A DNA stretch of 42,704 bases from an uncultured Nitrososphaerota archaeon. Its GTDB lineage: Archaea; Thermoproteota; Methanomethylicia; Nezhaarchaeales; WYZ-LMO8. Under the pieces are notes generated by a model. It made no database searches. It had not been told where the DNA came from and saw only the letters and a list, made by a program, of their open reading frames with translations. Position 1 is the first letter of the stretch. Each line of letters begins with the position of its first letter. The translations under genes and the position numbers were made by a program. The DNA is taken from NCBI GenBank assembly GCA_964562935.1, contig CAZLVJ010000003.1, forward strand, positions 1-42,704, given 5' to 3'. Positions 37,488 through 42,704 of this stretch are shown piece after piece.

Positions 37488-38048
37488 ATGAAGGTACTCT
37501 ACGAGCCTTACGTCGTTGAAAGGATAAGCATACCGCCAGGCGTGGATGTGAAGGTCGAAGAGCCAGCCAAGATAATGGTTAAAGGCCCTAAAGGGACGTT
37601 AACGAAGGACTTTTCCCACGCCAAGGTCTACATTAAGAGGGATGACTCTAACATATTGGTCGAATCCTACATAAAGGGCAGGAGAGGGAAGAGCGTTTGT
37701 GGAACCATAGCATCTCACGTCAGGAACATGATCAAGGGCGTCACGGAGGGCTTCGTATACAAGCTCAAAATAGTCTACTCCCACTTCCCCATGAACGTTA
37801 AGGTAGAGGGGGACAAGGTCGTAATAGAGAACTTCATGGGTGAGAAGTCCAAGAGAGTGGCCAAGATAGTTGGCAACGTGAAGGTCCAGGTTAAGGGGGA
37901 CGACGTGATAGTAGAGGGCATAGACGTAGAGCAGGTCGCTCAGACTGCTGCTAACATCGAGCAGGCGACTAAGATAAAGGGCTACGACTCCCGAATCTTC
38001 ATGGACGGAATATACATATATGAGCGCAAAGGCAAGAGCGTAGTGTAG
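37488..38048 (+). CDS. rpl6p: Ribosomal protein uL6
   Basis: KGPKG, NMIKGVT.GF, YSHFP, NFMGEK, D.RIF.DGIY. Confidence 0.96.
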   Translation: MKVLYEPYVVERISIPPGVDVKVEEPAKIMVKGPKGTLTKDFSHAKVYIKRDDSNILVESYIKGRRGKSVCGTIASHVRNMIKGVTEGFVYKLKIVYSHFPMNVKVEGDKVVIENFMGEKSKRVAKIVGNVKVQVKGDDVIVEGIDVEQVAQTAANIEQATKIKGYDSRIFMDGIYIYERKGKSVV

Positions 38049-38093
38049 CTGATTCTATTATAGTGAAAGTTTTTAAGTCGACCATGTGTTGAA

Positions 38094-38513
38094 GTGGTAT
38101 GCTCGGGGGCTATCGCTTTGGATAGCGCGACGAAAAGGCTCTTAAGGCTTAGGTTGAAGATGAACAGAATGAGAGTGAAGTTTAGGAGGCTAAACACCTT
38201 AAAGCTCAAGAGGGTCGATGAAGAGAGCTGGAGGAGGCCCAGGGGGATAGATAACAAGATAAAGTGGTCTAGAAAGGGGTATCCCCCTCTCGTCAGGATA
38301 GGTTATCGCAATCCCAAGGCCGTTAGGGGATTACATCCCTCCGGCTTGATCGAAGTTCTTGTTCGTAGGCCTCAAGACTTGGAGGGCTTAGATCCTAGGA
38401 AGCATTGCGTTAGAATAGCTCGCACCGTCGGGAGAAAGAAGAGGCTTCAAATAATTGAGAAGGCTAAGAGCATGGGCCTTAGGATCCTCAACGCTGTTGG
38501 TGTTGAGGCATGA
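38094..38513 (+). CDS. rpl32e: Ribosomal protein eL32
   Basis: WRRPRGIDNK, IGYR.P..VRGLHPSG; start uncertain (TTG 38118 possible). Confidence 0.95.
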   Translation: MVCSGAIALDSATKRLLRLRLKMNRMRVKFRRLNTLKLKRVDEESWRRPRGIDNKIKWSRKGYPPLVRIGYRNPKAVRGLHPSGLIEVLVRRPQDLEGLDPRKHCVRIARTVGRKKRLQIIEKAKSMGLRILNAVGVEA

Positions 38514-38956
38514 ACTTGGGCATTGTTAAGAGGCTAGCGGCCGAGGTCCTAGGGGTAGGGGAGAGCAGGGTCTACATAGATCCCTCTAGGATCGACGAAG
38601 CCGCTTCTGCGATAACGAAGGAGGACGTCAGGAAACTGATTGAGAAAGGCGTAATATCAGCTAAGCCAATCAAAGGGACTAGTAGGGCGAGGGCTAGGCT
38701 TAGACATCTTAAGAAGCGCAAGGGCTTGAGGAGGGGCGAGGGCTCTCGCAAGGGCTCTATAGCTGACTTGGAGAGGAGGTTGTGGATCGCAAGGGTGAGG
38801 GCGCTTCGAAAGTACCTCAAGATGTTGAGGGACAGGAGGTTGATCGATAAGAAGACGTATAGGATGTTGTATAGGCTGGTCAAGGGAGGAGCGTTCCAAA
38901 GCAGGACCCATCTGAAAGAGTACGTAAAGCAACAAGGCCTCTTAAGGAGGGTCTGA
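38510..38956 (+). CDS. rpl19e: Ribosomal protein eL19
   Basis: KRLAA..LGVG..RV.IDP, AIT..DVR.LI, G.GSRKG, Y...KGG.F. Confidence 0.96.
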   Translation: MNLGIVKRLAAEVLGVGESRVYIDPSRIDEAASAITKEDVRKLIEKGVISAKPIKGTSRARARLRHLKKRKGLRRGEGSRKGSIADLERRLWIARVRALRKYLKMLRDRRLIDKKTYRMLYRLVKGGAFQSRTHLKEYVKQQGLLRRV

Positions 38957-38957
38957 C

Positions 38958-39569
38958 TTGGTTAAGAGAAAGGTCATAAGGCGGGTGCCCTTTAAGAGGA
39001 GGAGGAAGGGTCTAACGGACTACAGGATGAGAATGAAGACGCTCCTCTCTGGCAAGCCGTTGCTGGTGGTTAGAAAGACCAATACCCAAGTTATCGTTCA
39101 AGTGGTAAAGCCTGAGATTAAGGGTGACAGAGTTTTAGCCCAGGCTACGGGTAGAGAGCTGAGGACGAAATTTGGCTGGCCGGCTTCGGGCAAAAGCACC
39201 TCCGCGGCATATTTGGCCGGCTACCTTGCTGGGCTTAGGGCCCTGAAAGCTGGTGTGAAGGAGGCAATTTTATACATAGGCTTGCACAGAGCAGTGAGGG
39301 GCTCTAGGGTCTTCGCTGCCCTTAAGGGAGCGCTTGACGCTGGGCTCAGGATTCCTCACAGCCCTGAAGTGCTTCCCTCAGAGGAGCGAGTCAAGGGCCT
39401 CCACATAGTCGACTATGCGAGAATGCTCAAGGAAACAGATCCAGAGGCCTTCGAGAGGCAGTTCTCCGCTTACCTGAAAACTGGCTTCGACCCGGAAAAG
39501 ATAGTGGATGCCTTCGAAGAAGTGAAGAAGAGGATAGAACAAGCAGTACGACTACAAGTAGCGGAATAG
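38958..39569 (+). CDS. rpl18p: Ribosomal protein uL18
   Basis: RRRKGLTDY..R, LVVRKTN, AAYLAG, GSRVFAALKGA.DAGL.IPH. Confidence 0.96.
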   Translation: MVKRKVIRRVPFKRRRKGLTDYRMRMKTLLSGKPLLVVRKTNTQVIVQVVKPEIKGDRVLAQATGRELRTKFGWPASGKSTSAAYLAGYLAGLRALKAGVKEAILYIGLHRAVRGSRVFAALKGALDAGLRIPHSPEVLPSEERVKGLHIVDYARMLKETDPEAFERQFSAYLKTGFDPEKIVDAFEEVKKRIEQAVRLQVAE

Positions 39570-39658
39570 CGAGAAGCATTCCATAGTTTTAAAGGAAAGC
39601 TTAAAATAATCCCCTCAACGTGTAGGTTTCACTATCTAGCATAAATATGAATTAGAGG

Positions 39659-40321
39659 ATGATGGAAATGTCCTCGCTTGACGCTTGGGTACCGGCGACG
39701 TATGTAGGGAGATTGGTGAAGGAGGGCAAGATAACAAGCATAGACGAGATCTTCGCCAACAACTTGACGATAAAGGAGCCGGAAATAGTCGATGCGCTAC
39801 TACCCGACTTAAAGCACGAAGTAATCGACGTGAAGATAGTTCAGAAGCAGACGGACATCGCCTAGCGAAGCGCTAGGCGACCGTAAGCTGGCGAGATCTC
39901 GAGGTTCAAAGTAGTGGTGGCTGTAGGCAACGAAGCGGGCTACGTCGGGTTGGGCTTCGCCAAGGCCAAGCAGATGAGGGAGGCCATAGACAAGGCGATA
40001 GTGGAGGCCAAGCTCAACATAATCCCTGTCAGGCTCGGTTGTGGGAGCTGGGAGTGCAGGTGCGGCAGGCCGCACAGCGTGCCGATAAGGACTTGGGGCA
40101 AGGCGGGGAGCGTGGAGATGACCCTAATACCAGCGCCTCGAGGAACGGGCTTAGTGGCTGGCGACACGGCCAAGATAGTGCTCAGGCTCGCCGGGGTCAA
40201 GGACGTCTGGACCCTCACCAAGGGCGAGACTAGGACCAAAGAGAACATGGCGAAGGCGGCCCTCGAAGCACTTAGGAATACGCTGGCCTTCAAGTCGGTG
40301 AAGGACTGGGCGAGAGCATGA
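39659..40321 (+). CDS. rps5p: Ribosomal protein uS5, spliced: join(39659..39856,39887..40321), 210 aa
   Basis: [26 protein letters not shown]|[33 protein letters not shown]; 30-nt insert carries in-frame TAG and TAA. Confidence 0.93.
39857..39886 (+). other. Putative BHB-type mRNA intron (30 nt) in uS5
   Basis: Exon helix CAG/CUG, central helix ACGG(39851-54)/CCGU(39881-84), bulges AC|A and AA|G, 10-bp intron stem UCGCCUAGCG/CGCUAGGCGA. Confidence 0.92.
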
Positions 40322-40791
40322 CGAAGAAGCTCTACGCGGTGATAAGGCTCAGGGGCCGCGTTGGAGTACCGCCCGACATAAAGCTAACGTTGCGCTCGCT
40401 GAGGCTCACGAGGAGAAACCACTGCACGATAGTCGAGGCAACCCCCTCCATTGAAGGGATGTTGAAGAAGGCCTCAGGTTACGTAACGTATGGAGAGATA
40501 AACGAAGAAGCTTTGGCCGCTCTGCTGGAGAAGAGAGGCCGACTGAGAGGCGACGAGCGCCTGACGCTGGACCACGTTAAGAGGCTGGGCTTTGAAAGCT
40601 TCAGGGACTTGGCCAAGGCGATACTCGAGGGCAAGATGAGCTTGCGTAGTATACCCGGCTTAAAGCCCGTCTTCAGGCTACACCCGCCCTCTGGAGGATT
40701 TAAAGGGACCATAAAGAAACCAATTGAACAAGGAGGAGAGCTTGGCTACAGGGGCCCGCAGATAAGTGAGCTATTAATGAGAATGATTTAG
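40318..40791 (+). CDS. rpl30p: Ribosomal protein uL30
   Basis: AVIRLRG, TL..LRL...[24 protein letters not shown]. Confidence 0.96.
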   Translation: MTKKLYAVIRLRGRVGVPPDIKLTLRSLRLTRRNHCTIVEATPSIEGMLKKASGYVTYGEINEEALAALLEKRGRLRGDERLTLDHVKRLGFESFRDLAKAILEGKMSLRSIPGLKPVFRLHPPSGGFKGTIKKPIEQGGELGYRGPQISELLMRMI

Positions 40792-40796
40792 CCAGG

Positions 40797-41351
40797 CTAG
40801 TCCAGTAAAGACTCAAGGATCCTCCTGCGCTCAGAGAGGGGAATCCTTAAGCGCTTTAGGGCCTCTTGCACTAAGCTCAATAGTTTGCACTTGGCATTGA
40901 GGAGGGCCCTCTCCTTTGCTCTGACCTCTTGAAGCTCTTTGTCTATCATTTGGATTACGCTCTTTACCTCAGATAGAGCCTCATAAAGCCTCTCGCTTAG
41001 CACTTCCCTCTCAACAAGCTCCAAGACCTCTCTTAGGTTGTCGGGGACCTCGTCAGCGAAATCGTGAAATTCTATTTCGCTGTAGCCCCTGAACAGGTTG
41101 ATCGATAGGGATATGGGCCTAACGAGCTCGTAGTACTTCCTTGAGGGGCCCAGGGAACCCACTTTAACTTCGTAGGCCCTTATCAGCCCTGCTCGCATCA
41201 AGACGTTGATGTGTTTTAGTATAGCTTGCTGGCTAACGTTGAGCTCTCTCGACAACTGGAGCAAGTACTTCGGCTCCTTGGCTAAGAGCTCCAAGATCTT
41301 CCTACGCGTCTCGTTCCCAAGTACCTCTAGCAAATCCATGCGCCGAGCCAT
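40797..41351 (-). CDS. ArsR-like wHTH + coiled-coil regulator, heat-shock repressor (HSR1/Phr-like)
   Basis: LGNETRRKILELL...P.Y...LSREL.VSQQAI.KH...L...GLI, RKYY; divergent from hsp20-cdc48. Confidence 0.8.
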   Translation of the reverse strand: MARRMDLLEVLGNETRRKILELLAKEPKYLLQLSRELNVSQQAILKHINVLMRAGLIRAYEVKVGSLGPSRKYYELVRPISLSINLFRGYSEIEFHDFADEVPDNLREVLELVEREVLSERLYEALSEVKSVIQMIDKELQEVRAKERALLNAKCKLLSLVQEALKRLRIPLSERRRILESLLD

Positions 41352-41406
41352 GACGTCCCACCTCAGTAGTTGCAGTTGGACACTATTAAAGAATAGGCGA
41401 GAAAGA

Positions 41407-41446
41407 TTTAAATATTTCTAACCTTAGGTTACTAACTCAAGGTGAG
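41407..41446 (+). promoter_or_regulatory. hsp20 promoter: TATA (tttaaata 41407-14) followed by two CTAAC-N5-GTTAG-like operators
   Basis: CTAAC-cttag-GTTAC (41418-32) and CTAAC-tcaag-GTGAG (41432-46). Confidence 0.7.
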
Positions 41447-41450
41447 AAAA

Positions 41451-41984
41451 ATGTGGAGGCCTAGAAGGTTTTCGAGGATCTTTGACGAGATCGAGAGAGC
41501 CTTTGAGGAGATAGACGAAATGATAGACAGGATGTTCAGGACCTTCGTCAGAACGCCCAGAGAGGCCGCCGAGGTCGCCGTCGAAGGGCCCTACTTCTAC
41601 GGCTTCAGCATAACCATAGGGCCAGATGGCAGACCAATAATACAGGAGTTCGGCAACGTCAGGCCGTCTCGCTGGGGCATTGAGAGAAGCGACGTCAGGA
41701 GGCCCTACGTAGAGACCCACGTAGATTCGAAGGCCGGAGTACTCAAGGTGGTGGCAGAGTTGCCAGGCGTGGACAAGGAGTCCATCAAGGTGAACGCCAC
41801 TGAGGACGTGGTGACCATAAGGGCTGAGCAGGGGGACAGGAAGTACTACGCTGACGTAAAGTTGCCAGCAAAGGTCGACCCGACGACTGCCAAGGCCAGT
41901 TACAGAAACGGCGTTTTAGAGGTTACGCTAAAGCTCAAAGAGAGGGTTGAAGAGGGGAAGGGCTACGAGGTCAAAGTAGAGTAG
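41451..41984 (+). CDS. hsp20: Small heat shock protein Hsp20
   Basis: GPYFYGFSITIGPDG.P.I.EFGN, VAELPGV.K, A.YRNGVLEV. Confidence 0.95.
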   Translation: MWRPRRFSRIFDEIERAFEEIDEMIDRMFRTFVRTPREAAEVAVEGPYFYGFSITIGPDGRPIIQEFGNVRPSRWGIERSDVRRPYVETHVDSKAGVLKVVAELPGVDKESIKVNATEDVVTIRAEQGDRKYYADVKLPAKVDPTTAKASYRNGVLEVTLKLKERVEEGKGYEVKVE

Positions 41985-41987
41985 CCC

Positions 41988-42003
41988 CTTCTTTTACTTC
42001 TTT
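41988..42003 (+). terminator. Pyrimidine/oligo-T tract after hsp20
   Basis: tttcttttacttcttt immediately after the stop. Confidence 0.45.
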
Positions 42004-42024
42004 ACCCCTGCGAGGTTATGATTC

Positions 42025-42704
42025 ATGACGAATAAGGCTTCTGCCTCTATTACTTTGAGGGTTGCGGAGGCTAGGGCTAGAGATGTGGGCAGGGGCATAG
42101 CTAGGATAGACCCTGCGGTTATGTCTCAGCTCGGCATAAGCACAGGCGACGTCATAGAGATAATAGGCAAGAGGAAGACCGTGGCGATATGCTGGCCAGG
42201 TTATCCCGAGGACTACGGCAAAGGGATCATAAGGGTGGACGGCTACATAAGACGAAACGCTGGCGTCGGCATAGACGATAAGGTCACGATAAAGCTCGCG
42301 ACCGTCAAGAATGCCGAGAAAGTCGTGCTGGCCCCCACGGAGCCCCTCAGGCTAGTAGGTGCCGAGGACTACATAAGGCAACTGCTTGAGGGAAGGGCGG
42401 TTACCAAGGGAGACTACGTGCCTGTGGGCATCATGGGGAGGACTATAGACTTCATAGTAACGTCGATTCACCCACCTGTCGATGCAGTGATAGTGGGGCC
42501 CGAGACCCAAATGGTGCTGAGCGAGAAGGTCGAGAAGACCCCTCGAGAGATACCCAGGGTAACCTATGAGGACATTGGAGGCCTCAAAGAGGCTATCCAG
42601 AAGATCAGGGAGATGGTCGAGTTACCTCTGAAACATCCAGAGCTCTTTGAGAGATTGGGCATCGAGCCCCCGAAGGGAGTGCTCCTCTACGGTCCTCCTG
42701 GCTG
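42025..42704 (+). CDS. cdc48: Cdc48/VAT AAA+ ATPase, 3'-truncated by window edge (not in ORF track)
   Basis: [29 protein letters not shown]..., [40 protein letters not shown]. Confidence 0.95.
   Translation, partial: MTNKASASITLRVAEARARDVGRGIARIDPAVMSQLGISTGDVIEIIGKRKTVAICWPGYPEDYGKGIIRVDGYIRRNAGVGIDDKVTIKLATVKNAEKVVLAPTEPLRLVGAEDYIRQLLEGRAVTKGDYVPVGIMGRTIDFIVTSIHPPVDAVIVGPETQMVLSEKVEKTPREIPRVTYEDIGGLKEAIQKIREMVELPLKHPELFERLGIEPPKGVLLYGPPG

Noticed and set aside
39863-39886. Pyrrolysine or stop readthrough of the TAG in uS5
   Set aside because: A second in-frame stop (TAA 39884) follows, and readthrough would add 10 residues inside a conserved motif; BHB splicing explains the sequence exactly
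338-41720. Numerous antisense and alternate-frame ORFs of 60-170 aa
   Set aside because: Shadows of well-supported genes with no family motifs
1-42704. CRISPR array or cas genes
   Set aside because: No regularly spaced 24-40 nt repeats seen; the only RuvC-type protein is the IS607 TnpB

Overview
Archaeal chromosomal window, probably TACK/Thermoproteota (archaeal r-proteins S4e/L32e/L19e, Rpp29, TATA-type promoters, CCA-encoding tRNAs, VQKQTDAGE-type uS5). 1-17.8 kb is a catabolic region: Liv-type ABC transporter, cytoplasmic Mo/W-bisPGD oxidoreductase, CoA-transferase, M24-fold hydrolase and an operon of SucCD-like ligase, ferredoxin, CitE-like lyase, class I fumarase-type hydratase and DRE-TIM synthase. 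18.4-19.9 kb holds intron-containing tRNA-Leu(TAA), mtnA and tRNA-Gly(TCC). 19.9-33 kb is accessory: gene relics, a second Liv transporter, a decayed IS607 (tnpA/tnpB), an MFS and an ABC-2 exporter. 33-42.7 kb is core: sirtuin, an Rpp29-to-uL30 spc-like cluster and a heat-shock locus (HSR1/Phr-like regulator, Hsp20, Cdc48). Main discovery: two conserved protein-coding genes, ribosomal protein uS5 and MtnA, are each interrupted by a 30-32 nt hairpin insert. Each insert folds with its flanks into a bulge-helix-bulge (BHB) motif, and cutting at the canonical splicing-endonuclease positions exactly restores the conserved protein motif. These are candidate tRNA-type introns in mRNAs other than the known cbf5 case. 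All calls come from manual reading; no database searches were run.
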